In this document: positions 14,164-23,464 of the stretch, in pieces
How positions within the stretch are numbered: the stretch's first letter is position 1
Layout: each line of letters begins with the position of its first letter
Source: an uncultured Holophagales bacterium
GTDB taxonomy: Bacteria > Acidobacteriota > Thermoanaerobaculia > Multivoradales > UBA5704
Length of the DNA: 64,000 bases
Assembly: GCA_963842525.1 (NCBI GenBank)
Contig: CAWJGT010000034.1
Location: forward strand, 448,001 to 512,000
Reading direction: 5' to 3'
Notes under the pieces: model-generated
What the model was told of the DNA's origin: nothing
What the model saw: the letters and a program-made list of their open reading frames with translations, nothing else
Database searches by the model: none
Position numbers and translations under genes: made by a program

Positions 14164-15858
14164 TCACCGCGGCGGCTTGTTGCGCCAGACCCGCCAGTCG
14201 TCGTTGATCAGGATGCTCAGGACCAGGATGAAGCCGCAGGCGGCGGCCAGCAGGAAGAGGACCATCGCGAGGCCGGGATAGCCGAAGATCGTGAAGCTCG
14301 TGCGCACCTGCATCATCAGCGATGCGCCGACGATCAATGCCGCGAGCACCAGGCCGGACGAGATCCGGTTGGCGATCTTCTGCAGGTTGCTCATCAGGCG
14401 CGTCTCGTCCAGGGCATTGACCTTGATCGCCAGCTTGTTGTTGGCCAGCGCTTCCAGGAACGAGTTGAGCCGGCCCGGGAGTTGCTGGACGAAGTCGTAC
14501 ATGTCCAGCGTCGAGGAGAAGACGGCGCTCGGCGAGAAGCGCTTCATCATGTGGCGGCGCAGGAGCGTGTCGCTGTACTGCCGCACGAGCCGGTTGGGAT
14601 CGAGCTCGGGATCGAGGGTGCGCGCGACCTCGTCGAGGTGCAGCAGGGCCTTGCCGAGCATGGTCAGCTCAGGGGCAGGGCGGACCCCGTTCTCGGCCGC
14701 GTGGCGGGACATCCCCAGGATGATGCGCCCGACCTTGACATGTGCGGCCGTCACGCCCTGATAGGAGCCCACGAGGTCGGCCACCTCCCGCCGGAAGCGC
14801 TCCTCGTCGACCAGTCCCTCGATCGGCGTGCCGATCTGCAGGGCGACCTGGGCCGCCTCCTGCCCGCGGCCATCGGAGATGGCGAGCAGGAGCTTGAGCA
14901 GACGCTCCTGCATCTGCGGGTCGATGCGGGCAACCATGCCCAGGTCGAGCAGTGCCAGCCGGCCGTCGTCCGTGATGAAGACGTTGCCGGGGTGCGGGTC
15001 GGCATGGAGGAAGCCGTCGACCAGGATCTGGTCCAGGTAGGCCCGGCACAGCTCCTCGGCCAGGGCGTGGCCGTCGATGTCGATGCGGGCGAGCGGCGAG
15101 AGGTCGGTGATCTTGGTCCCCCTCACATACTCCATGGTAAGCACGCGCGAGGTCGTATAGTCGTCGACGGGCTGCGGGACCACCAGGCGCTTGTATTCCT
15201 CGAGGTTCTTGCCCAGCGTCACCAGGTTGGCGGCTTCGCGGCGGTAGTCGAGCTCGCGCAGCAGGGTCTTCCGGAACTCCTCCACCATGTTCCCGAAACC
15301 GAGCCGGCGCCCCATCTCCGTGTGGCGTTCGAGGAGGCCCGCGATCTCCGCAAAGGCCTCGAGGTCCTCCAGGATCACCTGTCGGATGTCGGGCCGCTGC
15401 ACCTTGACCGCGACCTGCCGGCCGTCGCGCAGGGCGGCGCGGTGCACCTGGCCCAGGGAGGCCGCCGCCAGGGGCACGTGGTCGAAGTCGGAAAAAGCCT
15501 TGGACAGACGCACGCCCAGCTCGGAGGTGACGATCTCCTCGACTTCCGCGAAGGAGAAGGGCTCGACCTTGTCCTGGAGACGGGCGAGCGCCTCCAGATA
15601 AGGGGCCGGCAGGAGGTCGGAGCGGGTCGACAGGAGCTGTCCCAGCTTGATGAAGGTCGGCCCGAGCGCTTCGAGGTCGCTGGCGAGCTCTAAAGGATCG
15701 GGCCCCCCTTCGATCAGCTCAGCGACCTCGTCCTCCGGCAGCGCCTCGTCGGCCTGGACCACCTTCGCCAGGTCCGCGCGCCCGAACTTCAAGAGCAGGC
15801 GGGCAATGTCCTTGTACCGCTTCAGATGCGCTGGCTTGAGGGAAAGAGAAGAGACCAT
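14164..15858 (-). CDS. ABC1/AarF/UbiB family atypical kinase
   Basis: LGPTFIKLGQLLSTR, AAASLGQVH, VAVKVQRP, HADPHPGN, LDLGMV; two C-terminal TM helices. Confidence 0.93.
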   Translation of the reverse strand: MVSSLSLKPAHLKRYKDIARLLLKFGRADLAKVVQADEALPEDEVAELIEGGPDPLELASDLEALGPTFIKLGQLLSTRSDLLPAPYLEALARLQDKVEPFSFAEVEEIVTSELGVRLSKAFSDFDHVPLAAASLGQVHRAALRDGRQVAVKVQRPDIRQVILEDLEAFAEIAGLLERHTEMGRRLGFGNMVEEFRKTLLRELDYRREAANLVTLGKNLEEYKRLVVPQPVDDYTTSRVLTMEYVRGTKITDLSPLARIDIDGHALAEELCRAYLDQILVDGFLHADPHPGNVFITDDGRLALLDLGMVARIDPQMQERLLKLLLAISDGRGQEAAQVALQIGTPIEGLVDEERFRREVADLVGSYQGVTAAHVKVGRIILGMSRHAAENGVRPAPELTMLGKALLHLDEVARTLDPELDPNRLVRQYSDTLLRRHMMKRFSPSAVFSSTLDMYDFVQQLPGRLNSFLEALANNKLAIKVNALDETRLMSNLQKIANRISSGLVLAALIVGASLMMQVRTSFTIFGYPGLAMVLFLLAAACGFILVLSILINDDWRVWRNKPPR

Positions 15859-15912
15859 GGTTTCCTCGTCTCCCCCGCGCGTGCAAGTCTTCGGCCAGGT
15901 TAGACTTCAGGG

Positions 15913-16674
15913 ATGCTCCCCCTGGCCGGCCTCCGCGTCGTGATCACCCGGGCCGCCCATCAATCCGAAGGCACGGCCGCGGCTTTCCAAGCGGCGGGTG
16001 CCACGGTCGAGCTCCTGCCTCTGCTGGAGGTCGTGCCCCCGGCCGATCCCCGGCCGCTGGAGCGGGCGGCCTCGGAGCTGGCCCTTTATGACTGGCTGGT
16101 CTTCACCTCGGCCAACGCGGTCGACGCCTTCCTGCCGCTGACCGGCGGAGCCCTCCCCCACCGCCTGCGCACGGCCGTGGTGGGGCCGGCGACCGCCGAG
16201 GCCCTGCGCGCTTTCGAGATCGAGCCCCACCTGATCGCGGCCCGGGCTGACGCCGAGGGGCTGGCGGCGGAGCTGGCCCCGTACGTGGACCGCCGCCGTC
16301 GGGTCCTCCTCCCCCAGGCGGCCGACGCGCGGCCGGTCCTGGCCGAGGAGCTGGCGCGCGCCGGCGCCGAGGCGGTGACGGTCGTCGCCTATGACAAGGG
16401 GCTGCCCGCGGACGCCCCCCGGCGCGCCGCGGAGCTGTTCGATGCAGACCCTATCGGCTGGGTGACCTTCACCAGCCCGCGGATCGCCCGCTCCTTCGCC
16501 AAGCTGTTCGGGGCAGACTGGGAGCGGCGGCGGCCCGAGCTGCGTGCCGCCTCGATTGGACCGGTCACCAGCGCCGAGCTGCGGCGGCAGGGGGTCGAGC
16601 CTGCCGCCGAGGCTGCGGAGCCGGGGGATGAAGGGTTGGTCGAGGCGGTGGTGCGGACGGTGCGGAGCGGTTGA
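15913..16674 (+). CDS. hemD: Uroporphyrinogen-III synthase
   Basis: LRVVITRA, YDWLVFTSANAV, AVVGPATA, VTFTSP, ASIGPVTSAEL. Confidence 0.9.
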   Translation: MLPLAGLRVVITRAAHQSEGTAAAFQAAGATVELLPLLEVVPPADPRPLERAASELALYDWLVFTSANAVDAFLPLTGGALPHRLRTAVVGPATAEALRAFEIEPHLIAARADAEGLAAELAPYVDRRRRVLLPQAADARPVLAEELARAGAEAVTVVAYDKGLPADAPRRAAELFDADPIGWVTFTSPRIARSFAKLFGADWERRRPELRAASIGPVTSAELRRQGVEPAAEAAEPGDEGLVEAVVRTVRSG

Positions 16675-16735
16675 TTACGCTTCGGCGTTCTCGGGGATAC
16701 CCTCGGTCTGGTCCTCCTCGGCCGAGCTGTCCGCG

Positions 16736-18946
16736 TTACTCCTCCGGGCAGGGGATGACGTCTCCAGCCTGGAAGACGGCCGCTTGACTGCGAGCGCTTT
16801 CCACGTGGTCGCGGCCATCCCGGTCCCAGGTGACCGCTGCCCGATTGCTCACCTCGCCTTCAAGCACGTCGAGGACGGCGACGATGGTGATCGTCACCAC
16901 CTCTCCCTCTGGAGGCAGCGATCCGCTCCAGCGGACCGTGCGCGCGACGGCATCGGCGGTGGCGGTCCCGCGGTCGGCGCTGGCCGTGACCACGGAGACC
17001 TCGGGCGGCAGGAGATCCAGGAGCTGCGCCGGAGTCTCCGGCACCTGGGAGACCGCATCGGAGAGGGAGAGAGTGTAGACCACGGTGCTGCCGTCGTCCG
17101 TGCAGACCTCCTTGGTGATCACGACACTGCACGCACGTTCGTCGTCCCCGTTCTCAGCGGGATTGGAACGGACGATGCCGTCGAAACGAGGGTCCTCGCT
17201 CACGGACTGCACGGCGACTTCGAAGGGCTGCGGCCCGTCGCAGAGCGCATCGTCCTCGCCTCTGACCTGGACCGTCCGGGTGAGCTCCTGGTCCCCGGCC
17301 GCGAACGTCAACTGGCTGGGTGAGACAGTCCCCTCCGTCGGATCCGTGGAAGTGAAAGACACGGTGACTGCCGCAGACGGCGAAGCGCTCAGTCTCACTT
17401 CCACTGTCGCGGAGGTTCCGTCTTCCCGGGTTGTCAGCGGCCCGGGTGTCACGACGAGATAGGTGTTGTCGTCGATCGTCACCCTGTGGAGGGTCGGTGT
17501 CCTGCCGCCGGCCGGGAACCGCGGCAGGAGCCGCACCGTGAAGGTCTCGGCCCCCTCGCCCTCGTCGTCGGACACAATTGGCACCGCGATGCGGAGCCGC
17601 GTCTCACTGGCCGGAATCGTATATGTGGATTCCGGTGGCACGAAATCTTCGAGGGGCGTTGCTGTGCGCACCTCTTCTTCCGGCGGACAGATCTCGAGGT
17701 CGAACGTAACCGGAGACGTTCCTCCGGGAGGCCTGATGACAACGATGTCCAGCGCGGCGGTCGCGGCCGACTCCAGGACGACGCTCGCGGGGCGCTCGAA
17801 GCCGACCTGCACCGCGGCCTCGAACCGGTACGCCGCACCGGCTCCGCCGTCCTCGCGAAAGGCGCCGACGACCACCATGCCGTCGTCGATTGCCACCGAG
17901 AAGCCGAATTCGGCGCCGGCTTTCAGCGGCGGCGGCAGCTCTTGCGAGCCGCCGGCCATCCCATGGACATAGGCGGCGCCACGCCTTTCACCATGGGCGT
18001 ACCGCGCTCCGATCACCGCGGTCGTGCCGTCGAGAGCGACCGCGACGCCGAGCTGATCCCCCACCTCGCCCACCCGGACCGGCTGGGCGACCAACTCCCA
18101 ACTCGTGCCCGAGCGCTCGAACCGGTAGACAGCCCCCGCATCCGTGCCGCCCCGGTCCGCCAGGGGCGCGCCCACCAGGATCCGGCCGGCGTCGATGGCC
18201 ACCGAGTAGCCGAACGCCGCCTCAGCCTCCAGCTCCGGAGGGAGCCGAAGAGGGACCGGGCTGCGTGGAGAGCCATCGGCTCCCAGCTCGACAACGTACG
18301 CTACGCCCGGGGAGCCGCTGCCGCGATAGGGAACGGGAGCCCCCATCACCAGCGTCGAGCCGCTCAGGGCGACGGACTGCCCCAGCTCGGCCCGCTCTGC
18401 CAGGCGGTCAGGTGGCGGAACCGCCCGGAGGGACCCTTCAGCTCCGACATAGACCCGGCCACGCCCGGAGGCCGCTCCGCGCGCACCGATCGCCAGGATG
18501 TTTCCGTTGATCGCAACCGAAGAGCCGATCTCGTCGTCCGGCAGGGCGCCGGCTATCGCGAGCCGCCGCAGGCTTCTCAGACTCCCGTCTTGCTGCAACT
18601 CGATCAGATACGCGGCTCCCGTACGCTCGGCGCTGGGCGCTCCCACGAGCAGCCGGTTCCCATCCATCGCCAGATCGAACCCAAACCATCCATCGGCAGC
18701 GGGTCCGGGAATCGTCGTGACTGGAGCACAGCCGGAGGATCCATCCCGGTGGAAGAGATACACGACGTTCTTGCGATAGGCGCCGATCGCGATCCAGTCC
18801 GACCCCACTGCCACCGCGGAGCCGAATTCGTCGCCGTGCACAAGATCGGCCGGGCAGAGCGGGTTTGTCGCCACCCAGTCCTGGCCTGCGACCGGCGTGC
18901 CGGTCAGGAGCAGCAAGAAAAAGCCCGTCGCCAGGGTGCGGCTCAT
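16736..18946 (-). CDS. Secreted FG-GAP repeat (beta-propeller) protein with Calx-beta and DUF11-like Ig domains
   Basis: Signal peptide; about 7 FGxxVAlxG..lvGAp..GavY repeats; Calx-beta (IVSDDEGEGAETFTVRL); VVITKE..VVYTLSL..NRAAV. Confidence 0.85.
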   Translation of the reverse strand: MSRTLATGFFLLLLTGTPVAGQDWVATNPLCPADLVHGDEFGSAVAVGSDWIAIGAYRKNVVYLFHRDGSSGCAPVTTIPGPAADGWFGFDLAMDGNRLLVGAPSAERTGAAYLIELQQDGSLRSLRRLAIAGALPDDEIGSSVAINGNILAIGARGAASGRGRVYVGAEGSLRAVPPPDRLAERAELGQSVALSGSTLVMGAPVPYRGSGSPGVAYVVELGADGSPRSPVPLRLPPELEAEAAFGYSVAIDAGRILVGAPLADRGGTDAGAVYRFERSGTSWELVAQPVRVGEVGDQLGVAVALDGTTAVIGARYAHGERRGAAYVHGMAGGSQELPPPLKAGAEFGFSVAIDDGMVVVGAFREDGGAGAAYRFEAAVQVGFERPASVVLESAATAALDIVVIRPPGGTSPVTFDLEICPPEEEVRTATPLEDFVPPESTYTIPASETRLRIAVPIVSDDEGEGAETFTVRLLPRFPAGGRTPTLHRVTIDDNTYLVVTPGPLTTREDGTSATVEVRLSASPSAAVTVSFTSTDPTEGTVSPSQLTFAAGDQELTRTVQVRGEDDALCDGPQPFEVAVQSVSEDPRFDGIVRSNPAENGDDERACSVVITKEVCTDDGSTVVYTLSLSDAVSQVPETPAQLLDLLPPEVSVVTASADRGTATADAVARTVRWSGSLPPEGEVVTITIVAVLDVLEGEVSNRAAVTWDRDGRDHVESARSQAAVFQAGDVIPCPEE

Positions 18947-21273
18947 CGGTTTTCTCTCGGCAACGTGAACACGGTGATCCGGTCCCCCCGTTTATTGCCA
19001 GGGCTTGTAGCCACTGCGAAGCCGGAGGAAAGAGCGACCGAGGAACCAAAGCCATCGTCCTTCTGCGGCTTCAGCGCCAGGATCTCCGTCCACACCTGGC
19101 TGTTCCGGTCAAAAAGGAAGGCGCGGCCGGAACCGTCGGAGTCTTGAGCGCCCACCGCTAGCCAGTCAGCGCGCGGTGACAACGCCACGGAGGCACCGAG
19201 GCTGTGGGCTTCCGAGATTGTTGGTAAAGGAAGAGGCACCTCTTGCCATGCCCTGCCCCCGCCGGTCTCTTCGAACAAGTAGGCGGCGCCGATTCCACCG
19301 TTCGAGCCTGGCGCGCCCACTGCGAGCATCCCGAGCATCCCTTTGGCGACCGAGACCGAAGAGCCGAACCGGGATGATGCGGCGCCCTCCAGCTTTTGCG
19401 GCAACAAAACCCATTTCTGAGGATCGCGGACCGCGAGGTAGACGGCACCCACCTTACCGTTCTCGCCGGGCGCGCCGATGGCCAGCACTCCGTTCGAGAG
19501 CGAAACCGAGGCCCCGAAAGCGTTGGACGGGGATCCGAACGTGAGGGAGCCAGGCTGTATCCACTCTTTGCCGATCTTCTCCGCGACGTAGACGGCGCCG
19601 GGGTCGATGCCGCGTGGGGCCCCTATTGCCAAGGCATCGCCTACGATGGCGACGGAGGTCCCGAACACCTCCCCCAGCGCCGGAAGTTTCGGATCGAACG
19701 GTTCCTCGAGTTCCCAGGAGCCCCCCTGTCGGGAATAGAGAAAGACAACACCGTTGTGGTTGCCACCGTGAAAGCCTTTCGGTGCCCCGACAGCCAGGCG
19801 CAGGCGCTCTTCGTCCAGGGCGACCGACGAACCGAAGCCGTCGAGGGGATCGTCCGAGGTCAGCCGCGCCTCCTGCCGCCAGCCGTTCCCGGCCTTCCGG
19901 TATATATAGACCGCGCCGTGGACGCCGTCTTTGCGGGGCGACCCGATGGCCAGGTAGTTCTCCGTCACGGCCACGGAGACGCCGAACTGCACAGCCATGG
20001 GATCGTCGCGGGCCAATGCTTCGGCTTCTTCCATACAGGCGTCCGGGGCCGGGCAGCGGAAAGACCAGGCTGCCCCGGCGGCACTGTCTCCCTGATCGCC
20101 AAGCACGCCCCCGACGGCTACGCGCTCACCAGAGATCGCCACGGCGAAGCCGCTGAGGTCGCGGACCTCCGAGTTTCCCGGCACCAGAGGCGCCACGGCC
20201 TGCTCGACCCAGGAGGCTCCCGCGCGCCGGAACACGTGGATACCACCGGTGCCGTCGCCCGGAGGCGGCGCGGGAGCACCAACGACCAAGAGGTCTCCGG
20301 AGAGGGCCAACGAGTAGCCGAGTTGGTCATGCTCGCCGACCTGCGGCGCTTCCACGAGACTTCCAGAACCCCATCTTCCATCCTGTTGCGCAAAGACGTA
20401 GACAGCCCCGGAATTGCCCCCCCTCACGTCGGCCGTTGGCGCGCCGGCCGCGATCTCTCCATCCGCCAGAGCGACAGCGAACCCGAGCTGGTCCCCTGCG
20501 AGCTCCGCCAGAGCCCCGGGTGAGGAGGCTGCGCTCTCAAGCGAGAGAAGGGGCTTCTGCTTCCAAGTGCCGGCTTCGAAGAGATACACCGCTCCGGCAT
20601 CGGCCGCCTCACGATGAGGACCGAGATCGCGGCCCGGCGCACCTACGGCGAGAAGCTTGCCTTCCAAAGCCACGGCGGAGCCGAACCGCTCGCCCTCCTG
20701 CGGAGCCTGCGGCCGGATTATCTTTCGGAAGTCCCAAGTGCTCACGCCATAGAGGTAGACCGCGCCTGCCGTCCCCCCATGGGCTCCGAAAGCTCCTACT
20801 GCCAGGCGGCCTCCTCCGAGCGCCAGCGATCGCCCGAACGATCGAGCCCCGTGACTCTTCCCCGTCAGCCGCTTCTGCAGGACCCAGCCGCCGACCTGCT
20901 TCACAAAGACGTAGACCGCTCCTTCGCCGGGCGCCCCGGCCGCGAGGACGTTGCCGCGGAGGGCCAGGGAAAATCCAAGCTGTGCTCCCGGTGGACCGGC
21001 AAGCAGCTTGTCGGTTTGCTCCCAGGTCGTCCCGGACCATTCGAAGAGGTAGACGGCCCCGGCGTCGTGATCACCTTCGAGATGAGCGCCCATGGCCAGC
21101 CGGTCGCCGTCCACGGCCACGGCATAGCCGCGCTGGGCGTTGACGCTGGGCGCGGCTGGAAAGAGCTCGGTTGCCTTGTACGGCGGACCGGTTACCAAGT
21201 CGGTGGCTGGAAGAGTCGCCGCGGCGAGCGCCAGGACAGCGAGGGCGGCAGGACGGAGACGTAGGAGCCTCAT
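18943..21273 (-). CDS. Secreted FG-GAP repeat protein (about 14 repeats, two propellers)
   Basis: Signal peptide; repeated FGSSVAL..LAVGAP..GAVYLF units; ATGA overlap with the next gene. Confidence 0.88.
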   Translation of the reverse strand: MRLLRLRPAALAVLALAAATLPATDLVTGPPYKATELFPAAPSVNAQRGYAVAVDGDRLAMGAHLEGDHDAGAVYLFEWSGTTWEQTDKLLAGPPGAQLGFSLALRGNVLAAGAPGEGAVYVFVKQVGGWVLQKRLTGKSHGARSFGRSLALGGGRLAVGAFGAHGGTAGAVYLYGVSTWDFRKIIRPQAPQEGERFGSAVALEGKLLAVGAPGRDLGPHREAADAGAVYLFEAGTWKQKPLLSLESAASSPGALAELAGDQLGFAVALADGEIAAGAPTADVRGGNSGAVYVFAQQDGRWGSGSLVEAPQVGEHDQLGYSLALSGDLLVVGAPAPPPGDGTGGIHVFRRAGASWVEQAVAPLVPGNSEVRDLSGFAVAISGERVAVGGVLGDQGDSAAGAAWSFRCPAPDACMEEAEALARDDPMAVQFGVSVAVTENYLAIGSPRKDGVHGAVYIYRKAGNGWRQEARLTSDDPLDGFGSSVALDEERLRLAVGAPKGFHGGNHNGVVFLYSRQGGSWELEEPFDPKLPALGEVFGTSVAIVGDALAIGAPRGIDPGAVYVAEKIGKEWIQPGSLTFGSPSNAFGASVSLSNGVLAIGAPGENGKVGAVYLAVRDPQKWVLLPQKLEGAASSRFGSSVSVAKGMLGMLAVGAPGSNGGIGAAYLFEETGGGRAWQEVPLPLPTISEAHSLGASVALSPRADWLAVGAQDSDGSGRAFLFDRNSQVWTEILALKPQKDDGFGSSVALSSGFAVATSPGNKRGDRITVFTLPRENR

Positions 21274-21280
21274 GACGTTT

Positions 21281-21989
21281 CTAGTTCGGAAGGTCCAGGC
21301 GGAGGTTCAGATTGGGTGGATCCGGAGGCAGGAGCCCATCGAAGTCGGGCGGCCCTAATGGTCCACCGTTCGGAGGTATCGGTGCTGGAGGCGTGGGAGG
21401 TCGGCCGATTTCGATTCGGGTCCACTCCCCGGCAACGACCTCAATCCGGTCCCCAACCTTGGGCTCGATCTCCACCCGCCCCTCAGTGACCGCCACCGTG
21501 GTGGTCCCGGTCCGGCGGTCCACCTTGACATAGACTGCGGTCCCCAGGAGCCGGATCTTCTCCCCACCCGGGGGTTCGATCCAATACTCGCCTGCCGCCG
21601 GTATGGGCCCTGTAGGTCTGAAGATAATCCCGAGCATTCCGAACGCCATCTTCCAGCTCATCGTGGGTTTGAGCCCCCGCGCCCGGTCCACCACGTATTC
21701 GGTGAAGACCACCTCAGTGTTCGGTCCGAGGAGCACCATCCCCTCCTTGTTGGGCTCCAGGGCATTGACGGTGATTTCCGCTCCGGCCCACCGCCGCGTC
21801 CTGACACGCATGCCGCGGACGACCTCGTCCCCTTTCTTGAGGCCCTTCAGTGCCTTCTCAAGAGGCCCCTGGCCCTCTACGTCAGGCTTGACCCCTGCCA
21901 CCTCTCCCACCGAACGCTCGTCCTGGGCGGACAGCTCGAGAGCGGTCCCGAGGAAAAGCAGAACGAAGAAGGGGAGCTCGAAGACACAT
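21281..21989 (-). CDS. FecR-domain periplasmic protein (probable indel in the signal-peptide region)
   Basis: VGEVAGV..LKKGDEV..VRT..LLGPNTEV..IRLLGTAVYVKV..TTTVAVTEGRVEI..VVAGEWTRI; in-frame upstream hydrophobic FFVLLFLGTALELSAQ, with the ATG at 21989 off frame. Confidence 0.7.
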
Positions 21990-21991
21990 GA

Positions 21992-23395
21992 TCAGAAGAT
22001 CCAGCGCAGCCCCAGGGAAAGGATGGTCCTCTCATAGTCCAGCAGCGGCGAGCCGGGCAAAAGCTCCACGTTCGAATCGCGCCGGACGTATGTCCCCCGG
22101 GCCGTCCAGAAAAGGTGATCCGTCGATTTCCAGAGGGCCGCGGCGCCGGCCCGCCAGGTGGTGTCGTCGCGCGGCGGGCCGAAAGGGTCTCCCACGTTCG
22201 ACTCCGGGTGTTCGTATTCGTCCTTGCGCAGGGCGCCGAAGAGCGACAGCGCCCAGCGTCCGGAGAGGGGAGCCGCGGCTTCGGCGCTGGCCTCGATGAA
22301 CGAAGCCGCGAAGCTACGGTCCGCCTCGCTGATGCCATAGGCGGCTCCCAGCCGGAGATAGCGGTCCCGGCGGCCGAAGAAGAAGAGCTGGTCCGCGGCC
22401 ACGGAAGCCTCGTCCTCGTTGCCGCGGCGCAACGCTCCGCCCGCGCCGCCCGAGTAATCCCGCCCGCGCAGCACAGCGGCCAGCCGGGTTTCCGTGCGTG
22501 CAGCCTGGCGAGCGATCACCGAAGCCGCCGCCTCCCAAGAGGTCAGGAAATCTTCGTTCCCCAGCCGCCCGTAAAGACCACCTCCCTGCAAAAGGAACGT
22601 GAGACCGCGGCCGGCCGGCACACGCACGTTTCCGAGCGGACCCGCGGCGATCCCACCGGGGTCGTGCCCCCAGGCCAGCGAGGCGGTGCCTCGCGCCAAC
22701 GAGAGGTCCGTCTCAGCGAGATCCGGGTGCATGGACTGGTGCCCCTGGACGTTCCATCCAAGCGTCCAGCCGCCGCGGTCCCAGACCGGCAGGTGATCGA
22801 TACGGAAGCCCAGCAGGGCCGCGGCGTCACCAGGAACGTCGCCCAGAGCCACTCCGGAAACCGGGATGTCGAGGTCTTCGGCCAGCAGGCCCGGATTCGA
22901 ATCGTACGCAGATTCCAGGGCGATCTCCCCCTCCCAACGCGGCGGGTCGCCAGGGAACCGGATCTTCAGGAGGCCGGCCGGCTCCGGAATGTCCGGCAGC
23001 CCCACGCCGCGCTCCAGGCTCTTCCGCACCCGGCGCAGCTCCGACCGCACCCGCCGCCGCCCGGAAACCGGCGGACGCTCCGCCGCAAGGCTCTGCTCCA
23101 GACGGGCCACTGCATTGGTGCCGCGCCCCTTGCGGAGATGGGCGATGGCCAGCCAGTGCAGATAGGTCCCCTCCGCCGGATCGTTGCGGACCGCCTCCTC
23201 GAACAGGCCGGCGGCCTCCTCGTAGCGTTCGTGGTGAAAGGCCACGACCCCATGAGCGAAGGCCACCCGGGCCACGGCGCGGCTTTCCTGGGCACAGACC
23301 GGCAAGCCGGCCGCCAGCGCCAGCGCGGCACAGAGAGCGGCTTTCCGAAGAACAAAGCGCCCCCAGCAGGCGGGTGGTTCTCTTTCGGTTCTCAT
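21992..23395 (-). CDS. TPR + outer-membrane beta-barrel protein (SLAM/DUF560-like)
   Basis: Signal peptide, TPRs (AFHHERYEEAAGLFEEAVRNDP..YLHWLAIAHL), YDSNP barrel start, amphipathic strands, C-terminal LSLGLRWIF. Confidence 0.75.
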   Translation of the reverse strand: MRTEREPPACWGRFVLRKAALCAALALAAGLPVCAQESRAVARVAFAHGVVAFHHERYEEAAGLFEEAVRNDPAEGTYLHWLAIAHLRKGRGTNAVARLEQSLAAERPPVSGRRRVRSELRRVRKSLERGVGLPDIPEPAGLLKIRFPGDPPRWEGEIALESAYDSNPGLLAEDLDIPVSGVALGDVPGDAAALLGFRIDHLPVWDRGGWTLGWNVQGHQSMHPDLAETDLSLARGTASLAWGHDPGGIAAGPLGNVRVPAGRGLTFLLQGGGLYGRLGNEDFLTSWEAAASVIARQAARTETRLAAVLRGRDYSGGAGGALRRGNEDEASVAADQLFFFGRRDRYLRLGAAYGISEADRSFAASFIEASAEAAAPLSGRWALSLFGALRKDEYEHPESNVGDPFGPPRDDTTWRAGAAALWKSTDHLFWTARGTYVRRDSNVELLPGSPLLDYERTILSLGLRWIF

Positions 23396-23464
23396 GGTAC
23401 TGCTATATTATGGCAGAGTCTCCCGAAATATTTCCCGGGGGGGATCCTGCTCGGGACTCGCGAC

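Noticed and set aside
16676-16735. Possible 3' remnant of a displaced gene (ADSSAEEDQTEGIPENAEA*)
   Set aside because: Too short to assign; it may mark the insertion boundary but cannot be supported.
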